DNA of 64,000 nucleotides, from contig NC_052156.1 in assembly GCF_902713615.1 (NCBI RefSeq), forward strand, positions 47,310,357 through 47,374,356, in the 5' to 3' direction. The position numbers and the translations under genes were made by a program. Shown piece after piece: positions 49,351 through 63,010 of this stretch (position 1 is its first letter; each line of letters starts with the position of its first letter). The notes under the pieces were generated by a model. It was not told where the DNA came from and did not search any database. It worked only from the letters and a program-made list of their open reading frames with translations. The DNA is from Scyliorhinus canicula (Eukaryota).

Positions 49351-49524
49351 GGAATTTCTTTAGTCTCTTGGATTCAAACAATATTAGGTCAATGTAAAAA
49401 CTGGAACATGAGTAAACCATTTGGCACTTGGAGCCTGCACTATTTAACAAAATCATGGTTTACTCCTGCTCCAGTTCTTACATTGACCTAATATTGATTG
49501 AATCCAAGAGACTAAAGAAATTCC
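49351..49524. repeat. Long imperfect inverted repeat
   Basis: Arms 49351-49420 and 49455-49524 (about 70 bp, a few mismatches) with a 34-nt spacer. Confidence 0.9.
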
Positions 49525-50807
49525 TTTGTTCAAGTTCATTGAAATGCCAATAAAACATTTTCAGTCTAATGAGATATAGTGCTGAAGGACAAATCAGTTG
49601 CAAACATGAAATGAAATGAAAAAGGAAATGTCTGGAAAGTTCTTAAGTTAGCAATTTACAATAAAATCTTTCTCAGACTATAGCAATCGCTAGACTGTTC
49701 CAACAAATTTTCCCCACAAACCTCCCCATTGTCTTAAAAGTTTCACCTTATTCCAAAAACAAATCCAAATGGAATTTCAATTTTTTTCTTTCAGGGTAAT
49801 GAACATAATTCCCGAAATAATATTTTGTATTATGTCAAAAGTGTAAAAGCCAATGCATTCAAGTGTCAAAATGTACAGATACATTTGGACAAACGTTTGA
49901 CTGTGCAACCTGAGCATTAAGCATTGCCTGGGTGATGCACAGAAAGAAAAGTCTACAGTGAGGACCAACTCACACTAAATGTTCCTTTCCTTAATATAAA
50001 TGGAAAGAAAATCATCTGAGTACGATCTTCTCCATCAGATTTTCTGTTCTGTACTCCTCCCCATGACACTTAATACCAGGCAATAAGGATGAAAGCCGAC
50101 TCCATCATGTTTACAAGTGACTACTAAACTCTTTGAAACTGGAACTTCCAGCCCTTTAAATTGAACTACCAATCCAACCTTTTTTGCTAACTTTTTTCTT
50201 GTGGAGGAAAAAAAGGGCATTTAATTTCCTTTCATTTATTCCAACAATTTTAATCTCTTCTCTCTGTTAAAAGTACTGACTCTTCACCCTCCAGTGGCCC
50301 ACCTAAGGGATATACCTCTCAAAAGCAGCAGAGTTTACTTTTGAACCATATAATCCTGGATGAGATTTCCAACAAGAAGTGCTAGGTATCAATCAGGAGT
50401 AGAGGCATGAACTATTTTCCTTTCCCAAGTCGAAGAGCACAGAGGCCAGTTGCAGCGTTTCAACTGCTGCTAAAGATGTGGAAAGCAGATGCTTCAAGCT
50501 GAATGTCCAAGCTACAACCTCCCAGTTCTGAATGACTCAACTATTGACTGGGTAAATGCACTGAGTCTTCATGGGAATTTAATTTTCAGTTTGAACCACA
50601 GTTAAATACCAGATAATCCTTCTGATATTTGAGATAAAATGTCTGCATCTTTAAAAAGCCGGAAATTTATTTCTGTACCTAAGTATTGACTTGTATATGA
50701 TAATCTATGCACATAAAATGAAAGTGTGGTGTGCCCAACTATTGAATGTCGTAATGTTTTGAATAGGAAATCAGTGAAGTATTCCTTATTCCTTTTTTAA
50801 TTTGTAG

Positions 50808-50904
50808 GAAGTGCAGCGTTGTACAACCGATATGAACATCACATCAGAACATTCCAACCATCCAGATAACAAGCACAAAAACCGATACATCAACATTGTA
50901 GCAT
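50808..50904 (+). CDS. ptprg: ptprg coding exon (D1 start, KNRY motif)
   Basis: tttgtag acceptor and gtaaga donor. 97 nt encoding [32 protein letters not shown](Y). Confidence 0.96.
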
Positions 50905-51474
50905 GTAAGACTATGCTGGATTCAAATATATTAATGTCTAAATCAGTCTTTCATATATTGCACTGAAATCTACCCACTTTGGGTGGTGAAGGAGTACATC
51001 TTGGATAAAAAGCATGAGGTTGTTCAATCAAGATTCTGAAAATTATTATTCAGCCCCAAATAACAGTAAATTATTTCAATTGGCAATGAGTGTCCTTGTT
51101 TTGTGTTTACAGTGTTCATTTATTCATTTATGTGTGCTCTGCCCAAAGGCAGGTCTTAATTGGCACATTGTCTGCTGATGCTTAATCCTGAACCATTTTC
51201 TTGGCAGTTCTTTTGTCAGTGGAGGATTGCCATTGCCTTCCACTCTCAGGCAGGGTGATGAGGCAGATCCCAAGTTTACCTCAAATAAAATGAAAATCGA
51301 ATCTACAATGTCGGCATTATTCTGCACCACATGCGAGACATCAGGCTATCTGACCTTACTGAATTGTGTGTTATTTTATTTGTTGAATATCTGTCAGAAT
51401 TTGTGAAGTAACTTTTGAAATATCTGAAGATCAAAGTGGTTTATTCTTGTGGATTAATATTTCCCCTTCTGCAG

Positions 51475-51557
51475 ATGATCACAGCAGAGTTAAACTAAGG
51501 CCAATACCAGGAAAGGATTCAAAGCACAGTGACTACATCAATGCCAATTATGTCGAT
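51475..51557 (+). CDS. ptprg: ptprg coding exon (D1)
   Basis: ccttctgcag acceptor and gtaagt donor. 83 nt encoding (Y)[27 protein letters not shown]. Confidence 0.96.
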
Positions 51558-52098
51558 GTAAGTTATTCTTTTATATTTACTGTATTTCTTTCATTTGCCA
51601 GGGTCATTCAATTCAAAGAATTCTAGAATTGAAATAGAGACTGTGTGAATCACGGATTTGAACACTACTGTATGTGTTGTTTGATTTCTAAGTTCTAGAT
51701 TTAAATTCAGCTTAGGCAGACAGTTAAGCCAATATTTCTCTTTTTCTTTCTCTCATACTCTTTCCCTTCCTTTCCTATAATAAACGTATGTAAAATTAGT
51801 TTCAACTTCTTCAATCCAGTTTCTAGTGGTTGCATAGATCTGTATTTTTTGAAAGCAGAGTTTCTGTTCCAGCAGAATTAAAAATGTGGAATAAAGGGAA
51901 ATCTTGACAATTAAATGGATATGAATCGTGTGGCGTTTCAATCGTTGAATTTTCACATTTGTGCAGAGAAGCGTCAAGAGTAGTGAAATATTGGCTCAGA
52001 TTTTGCAGAGGAAATGATAGCGAGTTTAATTTTACCAAAATGTCAAAGCCTTCACAGCTTAAAAGAGATTATCATGGTGTTTACCTTTTCAGGTTTGA

Positions 52099-52742
<644 letters not shown>

Positions 52743-52823
52743 GCTAGCATAAATGTATTGTAATTTTGACATTTATTTATGGCACTCTCTGGGTAGAATT
52801 AGACTCTCTATTTCTTGTTTTAG

Positions 52824-52958
52824 CGAAAATGTGATCAGTACTGGCCAAGTGAGAACAATGAAGAGTACGGCAATATTATTGTCACTTTGAAGAGCACAAA
52901 AGTACGGGCATGTTGCACAGTACGCCGGTTCACCATAAGGAACACAAAAGTTAAAAAG
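52824..52958 (+). CDS. ptprg: ptprg coding exon (D1)
   Basis: cttgttttag acceptor and AAG/gtaaat donor. 135 nt encoding [45 protein letters not shown]. Confidence 0.96.
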
Positions 52959-53064
52959 GTAAATGTAGAAATATAAGTGTGCCTTTTCATACTTCTCAAG
53001 CGCACATGAGGAACCTTAGGCTTGGCACAATTACAAACAAATGTGAAAAGATAAACTATAGGTT

Positions 53065-53350
53065 ATTTATAAAGTGCTTTTCATGTCCTGAGAGCATCTT
53101 AAAATGCCAGCAGTCAATAAATTCCATTTGAATTGCAGTCACAGTTATAACATAAGGCAACACAGTAACCAATTTTTTTGCAACGCAGTCCCTCAAACAG
53201 TAATGAGGTAACAGCAAACTGACATTTCTTATGATGTTGGTGAAGGGATTCACATTTGCAAGGACATCAGGGGAACTCTCCAGATCTTCTTTGCCCAGGA
53301 CCATAACATATTTGGCATCCACCTCAACATGTAGGTGCGACTCGGTTCAA
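53065..53350 (-). mobile_element. DeuSINE 3' part
   Basis: Colinear with 52340-52620 (atttat..agtgc, ggacatcaggggaactctcc, catccacct). Confidence 0.62.
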
Positions 53351-53494
53351 TTTGCTCCTGGAAAATAGTTCTCATCTTTACCATGCATTAAAAGAAATAC
53401 ATTTTTTGTACTTCAGAATAAAGGTACGGGAAATATATTTTTATGATATGCATAATTGGAGGAATCATCCTTTATTTGCTGCAATGGAAACTAT

Positions 53495-54285
53495 GGGTGC
53501 AATGTTCCACCACGCTGCGCCCTGAAAGCAGCGCTTGAACGCCTTGCAAGATCTCGTGTAAATGGGCAGGATGACTTTTTAGCAAATTTGCATATTAAAA
53601 TGAGACAGCGTGTCTCACTTTAATGTGCATTTCCTGAGTTACCCGAGGCGTGTGATCTATCCCTTTCGCCTCAAAAACCTTGGGCAAGCGCTGTTTAGTA
53701 CTGTTCTTCACAATCAGGGACCAGATAAAACTGCAATTACGGGAGCTTCCCAAGGGATCGGAGGCCCCCAGGTGCATGCCCATTGGGCAGGGTGGTGCGC
53801 TGGCTCTGCTGGTGCCACCAGGGCACCCTGGTACTTGCAGCCTGGCACCATGGCACTGCCAGCTGGCAGGGACACTGCCAATGTGCCAGGTTGGCACTGC
53901 CAAGTTGCCAAGCTCGCATTTTCTGTGCAGCGGCAATCTGAACAGGAGTGCCCAGCACTGGTGCTTGGGGTTGAGGCTAGGAACCCTCTGACCCTCCCAT
54001 AGTGCGTTGGGCTTTGGAGGGGGTCGCTTTAGGGTTCCAGAGATTGGGACACCATTTAAAACGGCATCCTGATCTCTCCTTACACTGAGGAGTTTTGTGA
54101 ACGGAGCTCCTCAGTGCACTAAACGGGGCTATGTGTGGCCTCAGCTGCACTTTCCCCATTGAGGCCCCTATCTGACGCGAGTGCCATTTTACAGCGTTGT
54201 GTTTCTCGGTGCTGCGAGCGCTGGGAAACTCGCAGCTAAACGCGCTCACGATGGGACTTTGTTCCCATTTAGTTCAATCCCACCC
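53495..54285. mobile_element. Harbinger-type MITE E (family of 39264, opposite orientation)
   Basis: Right end gggactttgttcccatt...atcccaccc is the reverse complement of the 39264 left end. Flanks are TAT and AAT. Confidence 0.8.
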
Positions 54286-54425
54286 AATATAACTCTTTCA
54301 TCCAGCATTAACCACAGAATTGAATGTTTTCATGCAAACAGCCATACAGTGGCTGTCCACCTTTGACCTACAGGGATGTAATTGTTTGTTGGTTCCATAG
54401 ATAATGTGAACAACTGAAACTGCTG

Positions 54426-54986
54426 GGGCTGGATTCTCTGTTTTTGGGACTATGTCCCCACACTGTCGAGAAAACTGGTCTTTTACGCCAGGAAAACTGA
54501 CTTCAAAAGGCCACAGATTCCCCGTTTTGCTGGAGGCCAGCAGGCAGCCGATACAGCCCCCAGCACTTCCGGGTCAGAGGCCATGCCTGCAGCGGCCGCA
54601 TTGTGCTCCATGACGGACTCTGATCGCGGACATGGACCGGCAAAATAGTGCCCCTCATCGGCCGCTCGCGCACCCCGGACCACCCGCATACATTGCCCCC
54701 AGCCCCAAGGACTAAGTCCACAGCCACCACGCAAGGATCCCGGACAGTGGGACCATGAGAGAACCACGCCGTCAGGAATTCGGCTGGTCGGCAACGGAGC
54801 ACACGCGGCAGTCCTCAGGCAATGGCCTGAGGCGGTGGATACTCAGCGCGGCGTACTCCACGAGCACGCCGATTGTCGGTGGGGTGGAGTGGAATTTGGA
54901 AACCGCCGCTTCCGATTTCGGCGCCAAAACGGATTCTCCGTCCCATCGCCGAACGTGATTTCGGCGTCGAGCGGAGAATCCAGCTC
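54426..54986. mobile_element. Harbinger-type MITE F
   Basis: TIRs GGGCTGGATTCTC and GAGAATCCAGCTC, TSD CTG. Confidence 0.85.
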
Positions 54987-55080
54987 CTGATTTTTCATTT
55001 TCCTCCTGGAGTATATATTTACACTAAAACTTGCTTTGCTTGGGCCTAGATAAATTCAAGTGATGAAGCACTGATTCACT

Positions 55081-55777
55081 GGGCGGGATTCTCTCAGCCC
55101 AGGGCCGGACCGAAGAATCGCTGCAACCAGCGCGAATCGCACCATACCGCCGGGACGCAATTTTCCACAGAGCAGTGAGCGGTGAATCAGAGCCATTGGC
55201 GCCCGTCGGGGCCGCTTTACGGGCCACCCCCCCGGCAATTCTCGGCCTGTGATGGGCCGAGCGGCTGTATCAAAAAACCCGAGTCCCGCCAGCACTGTTC
55301 TAACCTGGTCTTACCTGGCGGGACCTCGGCTTTGAAGGGTCCGGGGGCGGCCTGTGGGGGGGGGGGGAGGGGGATCCGACCCCGGGGTGGGGGGGGCCGG
55401 TGTGGCCTGGCCCGCGATCGGGGCCCACCGATCGGCGGGCTGGCCTCTCGGGCTGGGGGCCTCCTTTCTTCCGCGCTGGCCCCTGTAGCCCTACGCCATG
55501 TTGCGTCGAGGCCGGCATGGAGAAGGAAGCCACTGCGCATGCGTGCATTGGCGTCGGTGTCACTGCGCATGCGCGCGATGGCACCGGTGCCACTGTGCAT
55601 GTGCGGACCCCGAGGCACCCAGTTGACACCGGGATCGGCAGCCGGAGCAGCCGTGGGCCGCTCCAGTGCCGTGCTGGCCCCTGTAGGGGCCAGAATTGCT
55701 GATCCTGAGGCCATTTTGATGCCAACGACGTTTACGACAGCGTCAACACTTAGCCTCAGGATCAGAGAATCCCACCC
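55081..55777. mobile_element. GC-rich Harbinger-type MITE G
   Basis: TIRs GGGCGGGATTCTCT and AGAGAATCCCACCC, TSD ACT (55078-55080 and 55778-55780). Confidence 0.9.
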
Positions 55778-56431
55778 ACTGTTCTGGAACAACATGAAAA
55801 TTGCTTTCTGACAATGGGTCCGGGGCAAATGTCCTGGCCCTGCACACTTTTTTAAAAAAGACAATGGGGGTCTGTAGCTTTAGAACGCTTTTTTAGAGGA
55901 GTGATCACTGATTAGTTGTCTGTCTCCTCTGCCCGCCTTTTCTCTCTGATTAGAGAATTGCTATGTGATCTGGGTGGATCTGGGGAGGAAGGGAGGTGAC
56001 ACAAATGGATCAATAGATTATCAAAGTTGTATCTGTTTACAGGCATTCCAACACAAGAGGAATTTGGAATAAAGATAGCATTGACTTCATCATTATTCAA
56101 TTCTGAATTGCCACCTGACAAATAAGTGAATTTGCTATGCGATTAGTTTTTCTTGCTATTAGTCATTTGAAGTAGAAGTAAGCAGTCCATGGTTTAATTC
56201 TGATTTTATTGGATATATTATACTTTTCTGAAATTTTTCAAAATTTTCCCTGCTTTTTTGGCCTTGTATTTGCATATTGCAATCTGAATTGCAGAAGTAA
56301 GTATTACGCACGCGTGTTAGGTCAAGCAATAATGTACGAGTGTTGTCCTAGTTGGCACAGTTTTCGATTTGCCAATTTTACTCCAAATAAAATTTTACAT
56401 ATTCACTAATGCTGATGAATTGTGGTTACAG

Positions 56432-56604
56432 GGACAAAAGGGAAACCCCAAGGGACGTCAAAATGAGCGAATGGTTATCCAATATCACTATACACAGTGG
56501 CCCGATATGGGGGTACCAGAATATGCACTTCCTGTACTCACCTTTGTAAGAAAGTCATCTGCGGCTCAAATATCAGACATGGGACCAGTGGTAGTACATT
56601 GCAG
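56432..56604 (+). CDS. ptprg: ptprg coding exon (D1 WPD loop and start of HCSAG active site)
   Basis: ttacag acceptor and CAG/gtatgt donor. 173 nt encoding [57 protein letters not shown](S). Confidence 0.96.
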
Positions 56605-57964
56605 GTATGTGGAAATGACTTTTCCTCACATGTTTGAGGGAAATCAAATTGTGCATGGGACTGCATTTGATTCAGCTCCTTATATTAAAATAATTTTCGT
56701 GTTTCAGGATCATTCATTCTTCTGATTGCATCAATAATGTGCCGGAGTTTCTGCTTGCTTTCCACCCTATTTTCTAAAAGTCCAGGCAGAATTAACTAAA
56801 ATAACGCAAAGGATTGTGGAATTTGAAACATAAGTGAATGACACCTGGAACCACTTACTATTGAGCTTTCATAATCTTTTACGTTGAGTTCAGCAGTCAG
56901 TTTGCTGAAGCAATTCTTATTCACAAAACTAGCTGTTCCCATGTTAACATGGTGAATTTCTGCCAGTTACACCTGATCAAGATTCTTTGTCATATTTCAT
57001 TCAGACGTTTGGCTCCAAAGGTACATATGGCCACATTAATCCACTATTAATGATATACAGCTGCAGTGATCACCAGTCAATTGGAGCATTAGGCCTGCTT
57101 CACATACTGTTGTCACATTAGAGTGTTTAAAATTCAGTTTAAATTAGTCAAAATTCAGTCAGTTGGTCTACCCTTGTACATAAGTCCTATAATCAGTGTT
57201 GAAAACAAAGGTAGTTTTAAGGGATTTATATTTGTATTAGTAAATATTAGAAATAAGGTATAGTTTTAAATATGTTTATTTTAATGTTTCTGTGCCTGGA
57301 AGGGTAAGCTCTATAGTTAGATTCATGCTGGGCAAAGCTGTTCGTATGTGTGGGGGTTGATTAAGTTTCAACTGTGTTTCTATTGTGCTTATAGAGAGGG
57401 CTATGGCGTGAAGAATAAATAAAAGGCATAAGCATATGTGGGTTGAGGAGCAGCTGGGGCCTTGTAAGGTGCAGAAGCTTTTAAGTTTTAATTTAGCTAA
57501 TTTGATTGCAGTTGGAGATAGATAATGAGAGCAGCTCTCACAGCTCTGCGAGAAGCAGTTGGTTTTAGAAGACTAAAGAGGGAACATCTCTCAGCTTTGC
57601 TAGAACAAAAGCCATACCATGGAATAATGGTGGGGAAATTGCTGGAGTCTATAATCAGGGATGGGGTAATTGAACACCATGAAAAATGTTGGTCAATCAG
57701 GGAGAGCCAGCATGGATTTGTGAAGGGAAGGCCATGCCTGACTACTTTAATTGAATTTGTTGAGGAGGTGACCAAGGTAATGGACCAGGGAATGTTTATT
57801 GATGTCATTTATATGGACTTCCAGAAGGCATTTGATAAAGTCCCACATAAGAGACGGTTAACTAAGGTGGAAGCCCACGGAGTTGAGAGCACATAATTGA
57901 CATGGTTAGGAAATTGGTTGAGTGGCAGATGACGGAGAGTGGGGATAATTACTCAAATTGGCAG

Positions 57965-59712
57965 GTATACCACAAGGAGCATAGGATGTCTCTGTATGCC
58001 GACAACCTGTTGCGGTACGTCACGGATCCGGCCCTGACGATGGGAGTCATAATAGGGAGACAAAATCAGTTCGGAGCATTTTGCAGGTATAAACTGAATT
58101 GGGACAAAAGTGAATGTTTTCTGGTCACGCCGCTGGGGAGGAGAACTCCTTTTGGGTATGTTGCCATTCAGGCTGACAAACCCGCATTTCAGGTACTTAA
58201 CGGTACAGGTGGCAAAGGATTGGACACAGCTTCAGAATCTAAATTTTACACGCTTGGTAAGCAGGGTGAAGGCAGAAGTTCAGAGATGGGATAGACTTCC
58301 ACTGTCGTTAGCTGGGCGAGTGAAATCGGTGAAGATGAATTTCTTGCCACAGTTCGTATTCCTGTTTCAATGCCTGCCTGTGTTTCTACCAAAGGCGTTC
58401 TTTGTAGGGGTGGAAAGCATGATTTTGTCATTTATATGGGCAGGGAAGGTGGTGAGGATCCGAAGAGTGGTCCGCCAGAGGGACTGGCAGTCAGTGGGGT
58501 TGGGGCTGGCAAACCAGCTTTACTATTATTGGGTGGCAAAGACAGAGAAGGTGTTGGGTTGGTGGGGGATCAGGTCGTGTGAGGGGACGGGATTGCGGTG
58601 GCTGGTGATGGCCCCACTCCCGTTCTCCCCGAGGAAGTTTTCAGGGGACCCGGTGGTGGTGGCTATGCTAAAAAATATGGAGGCAATTACAGCAGCAATT
58701 TAAAGCGGGGAGAAGGTCAAGGATGATACCGATCAGGGAAAACCATAGGTTTGAGCCGGCTAGGGTGGATGCCAGGTTTAGGGAATGGGATGATACGTGG
58801 GTGGGAGTAATGGGGTTTTGTTCCTGCAGGGGCGCTTTGTGAGTTTTGGGGAGCTACCGGAGAAGTTTGGGCGTCTGCAGTCGGAGGCATTCTGGCACTT
58901 GCAAGTCCAGAATTTTGCGAGGAAGGTTTATTCAAGTTCCAGTTGTGCCACCTGTGTCGTTGATGGAGCGGGTACTGTCACTGGTTGGGTTGAAGGAGGG
59001 TTACACTTCAACTATCTATGGGAGACTGTTGGCAGGAAACTGGGCCTTTCTGGTGAGAACTAAGGCAAAATGGGAGGAAGAACTATGGGTGAAGTGGAGG
59101 AGGGGGTGTAATGTGAGGCCTTATGGAGCATGAATGCTACGTCATCTTGTATGAGGCTCGGGATCTTACAACTGAAGGTAGTGCATCGGACACACTTAAC
59201 GTCGGGTGTTTAAGGGGTTAGAAGATAAGTGCGAGCTGTGTGGGAAAGGCCCAGCGAATTACGTACATATATTTGGAACATGTCCTAAGCTAGCGAACCC
59301 TTGGGGCTCTTGAGCATAATGTCGGTGATCTTAGGTAGGGAGCTGGAGCCGGATTCCCTAAAGGCCATATTTGGGGTGTCAGAGCTGCCAGAGTTGCAGA
59401 CGGGAGAGGGGGCAGATGTTTTAGCCTTCGCCTCACTGATTGCTCGGAGGCGGGTTCTGCTCGAATGGAAGTCAGCTTCTCCGTCCAGTGCCTTGGTGTG
59501 GCTGGGGTCCTCCTGAAATGTTTTTATTTAGAGAAAGTAAATACATGCTCACGTGTCAATTGGAAGGTTCCATTTAAGATGGTAACTGTTTGTTATGTAT
59601 TTTAAAGAGCTGGTCACTGTCACTTGCTGGGGGAGAGGGGGGGTTTGGGGGATGTTCTTGTTTTTGTGTTTTGTATTTGTATATGAATTTTAAAATGTTC
59701 ACTAAAAATATT
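57965..59712 (+). mobile_element. L1/Tx1 ORF2 fragment
   Basis: EHRMSLYADNLL, LPLSLAGRVKSVKMN.LP and FASLIARRRVLLEW motifs. Confidence 0.88.
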
Positions 59713-60017
59713 TACAAATTTTCGGATGATACAAAGTTAGGTGGCATTGAAGACAGCCTAGGTGATAGCATAAAATTGTAAGTTGTATTGATAGACTAGG
59801 TGAATGGGCAAAATTGTGGCAGATGGAATTTAATGTAAGCAGGTGTGAGTTTATCCATTTTGGTCCAAAAAAGGAGAGAGTAGAGTACTTTCTAAATGGT
59901 TAGGTAAAGTGTATTCCAAAGAGACTTTGGGCTCAGGTATCCTTAAAATACCAGAAAATAATCAAAAAGGCGAATGTAATGCTCGCCTTTATATCTCGAG
60001 GATTGGAATATAAAGAT

Positions 60018-60238
60018 TTTTTTTTAATTTAGAGTACCCAATTATTTTTTCCAATTAAGGGACAATTTAGTGTGGCCAATCCACTTACCCTGCACATCTT
60101 TGGGTTGTGGGGTCAAACCCACGCAGACACGGGAAAAATGTGCAAACTCCACACAAACAGTGACCTGGGGCCAGGACTGAACCCGGGTCCTCAGCGCTGT
60201 AGGCAGCAGTGCTAACCACTGTGCCACCGTGCCGCCCT
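60018..60238 (-). mobile_element. V-SINE, short poly(A)-tailed family
   Basis: 18-bp TSD ggattggaatataaagat (60000-60017 and 60239-60256). Confidence 0.92.
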
Positions 60239-61193
60239 GGATTGGAATATAAAGATGCAGGGGTTATGCTGCAGCTTTACAGAACCTTAGTTAAACCCCA
60301 CTTGGAGTACAGTGAGCAGTTCTGGACCCCACATCTTAGGAAATAGGTTTGCAAAAATGATACCTGGAGTACAGGAGTTGAGTTACGAGGACAGGTTACT
60401 CAAATTAGACCTGTTTTCACCGAAATTTAGAAGGTTAAGGGGATAATCTAATCCAAGTATTCAAGATATTAACAGGGAAAGACAGGGTAGATAAAGATAG
60501 ACTGTTTCCACTGGTTGGAGATTCTAAAACTAGAGGGCATGGTCTAAAAGGTTGGGCCAGACCATTCAGGAGAGATGTTAGGAAGAACTTCTTCACTCAA
60601 AGGGACATAGAGGTTTGGAACTCTCTCCCACAAACAGAAGTTGAAGCTAGAACAGTTCTGAATTTTAAACCTGAGATAGGTAGATTTTTGTAAAGCAAAG
60701 ATATTAAGCGTTATGGGCCAAAGACAGGTATATGGAGTTAGGTCGCAGATCAGCCATGATCTAATTGAATGGCGGGACAAGCTTGAGGTGTTGAATGGTC
60801 TACTCCTGTTCCTATGTTCCTATAAAGGCAAAGAAAACAAGTACAGAGATCTGAAGAGCAGGTAGTTAAGGAAACCCGAGAAATGAAGAGAAATGTCTGA
60901 GAAGTCTGGAGTTAAGTGAACAGAAACCAAGTTATGGTTCAGAAGAATTCAAGGAAAAGTAAACAAAGGGCGTGAAGCTCCGGCTTTGAAACTAAGTGCT
61001 TCCCACTTGCGCTAAGGGCACTGGAGAGGTGAGATTCACAGCATGCAAATGGGCTATCACTCTGCCCACGTCAATCTTGCCGAATTCCCGAGGTGAGTGA
61101 TTCACTGGGGTCAGGAATCACCTTGTTAGTCTGACAAGCTGGATCAACATTTAAGCATTCCACTCACCCCAGACTGTCATTCCAGCCAAGAGG

Positions 61194-63010
61194 ATGCCTG
61201 CAAGAAGACCAGCTCCAAGATTTCTGGGTGTAGAATTTGACCAAATGCTAGATAACATTGAGGTGGCGGCTGCTATGAATGCTGGCAGCCTCACCAGGAG
61301 GATTGGAATGCAATGTAAGAAGATAATCAATGACCTTCGAGCTGCTAGGGTGAGTAACCACCTGTGTGACCCTGGTATCACTCCTGTCCCTGACCATATC
61401 CATGCCTGCAACACTCCAGCATGTCCGTCAGAACCCATTCTCCAGAAACCCCTAACACAAGCCCTATCCTCTTTGGCTCGGCGCCTTGTCCACCATATGC
61501 CACCATCGAGAGACCCCCTAAAACCTGCCTGCCGGTGTCACATTGTCCTTTGTGTGTCCCAAGGATAAAGCAGGACATAATTGAAGGGTGTCGGAAGACG
61601 TGTGGGGGCATATCGGAGCTACGCATCCTCATCCCCTTTGAAGAATGGGCCATGGAACTCGTTGGGGTGGCTGAAGTGGGCAGTGGCTGGTATGGCGTTC
61701 GGCATGTGGCGAGGAAGTGAGTATCCAATACAACTTTATCCAGATGGCCTATCTCAAGTGAGTCTTTCATGTCCCACAGCCTGTCCTTCCCAAGAGCTGA
61801 CCCCAAGTCCTTTGTATTGCATCATCCTCACCAGATGAGGCTGGTTCATCCGGGGGTTGCTGCCCTCAGTCCAGACCCTCAGAACACCCAGATGCAGATT
61901 TCTAGGCATGACACCGATTTCTCAGAACTGCAATCACCTGCACCATCCACCAGCGCAGAAACAATCACCTCGGTGGGAAGTGTTAGCGGTCAGGCTCCTG
62001 GTCACCCTCTGGTGAGCACCAGGTAGCATATAAGGTGGAGGCAGCAACTCCTGAGGAACTGGTCAGTTGGAGGGCTGCCCTATCTCAGGGAACAGCTGCC
62101 CCAGGACAGATGTTGCACCTCTGGAAAAGGTTATTCCATCACTGATCCAGCTGCAAATTCGGAGCCAAAATTTACAGGAGAGGATGTCAGCAACATTCCA
62201 GCACCTGCAAGTACAACTGGAGGAGTCCTATCGTCTTCAGGCCCAGGAGATGGTGCCATCAATGCATGGCACCCAGGCCAACACTGAAAGAGTGAGATCC
62301 ACAGTGGAATGCCTGGGGCAAGAGACCAGAGCCATGTGTCAGGAGGCCCAAGGCTTTGGCCCACTGTGCTGTCCATGACTGAGGCACAGGACAGGAGGGC
62401 CCAGCGACAGGCAGACAAGTCCCTGGAGCAGATGGACATTGCTTCAGTGCTCCTGAGCTTGGCCCACTCACAAAGGGTCATGGCTGAGGGCATTGAGCAC
62501 ATTCGGCAGGCACTGACGGACAATAACCAGACACAAATGGACATGACCGAGGCAAAATGGGATATGGCTCACTCGCACCATGGCTGAAGGCATCACCATC
62601 ATGGTTCAGATGATTTGGGCCTCCAGGACTGGCAGCGCCAAATGACGTTGAGACCACTGGAGCTCATTCAGCTGCCTTTCCATCCCATGGAGTAGCTCTG
62701 GGCCAGCGAGCACGGGAGGGAAAAGGGATGGGACCCATCCTAGGGCCTCCCGCAAGGATTTCCACCTCTTCTGATCCACCTCCTCCTGACACAAGGGCAA
62801 CTGCTAGGCAGCAGGCAGAACAGGCTGACACGCCATCATCTGTGACACCCGAAAGTTGGCCGGGTCCATCCAGGTCAGGCCCTCCAGAGGACATCCGCCA
62901 AGGGCATCACAGGCTAGAGGATAAGCAGGAGACCACCTCCATTCTTGATATGCAATCTGGCAAAAGGCCTAGAAGGTGCAGGAGACCACGGAAGACCAGC
63001 AAGATAGATG
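61194..63010 (+). pseudogene. Harbinger Myb/SANT-like DNA-binding gene relic (spliced)
   Basis: Exon 61194-61349 MPARRPAPRF...QCKKIINDLRAAR with gtgagt donor. Exon 61564-61716 DKAGHN*R...KTCGG...FEEWAMEL with gtgagt donor. Downstream coiled-coil-like remnants. Confidence 0.68.

Larger units (their letters stand above)
57620..60822 (+). mobile_element. CR1 LINE fragment hosting an L1 and a SINE
   Basis: SQHGFVKGRPCLTTL and DFQKAFDKVPH (57620-57960). Resumes at KFSDDTKLGG near 59715 and ends ctcctgttcctatgttcct. Confidence 0.88.

Noticed and set aside
49780-49800. Strong acceptor tttttttctttcag followed by GGTAAT as a recursive splice site or cryptic exon
   Set aside because: The junction is AG-G-GT rather than AG-GT, and no good in-frame donor precedes the stop.
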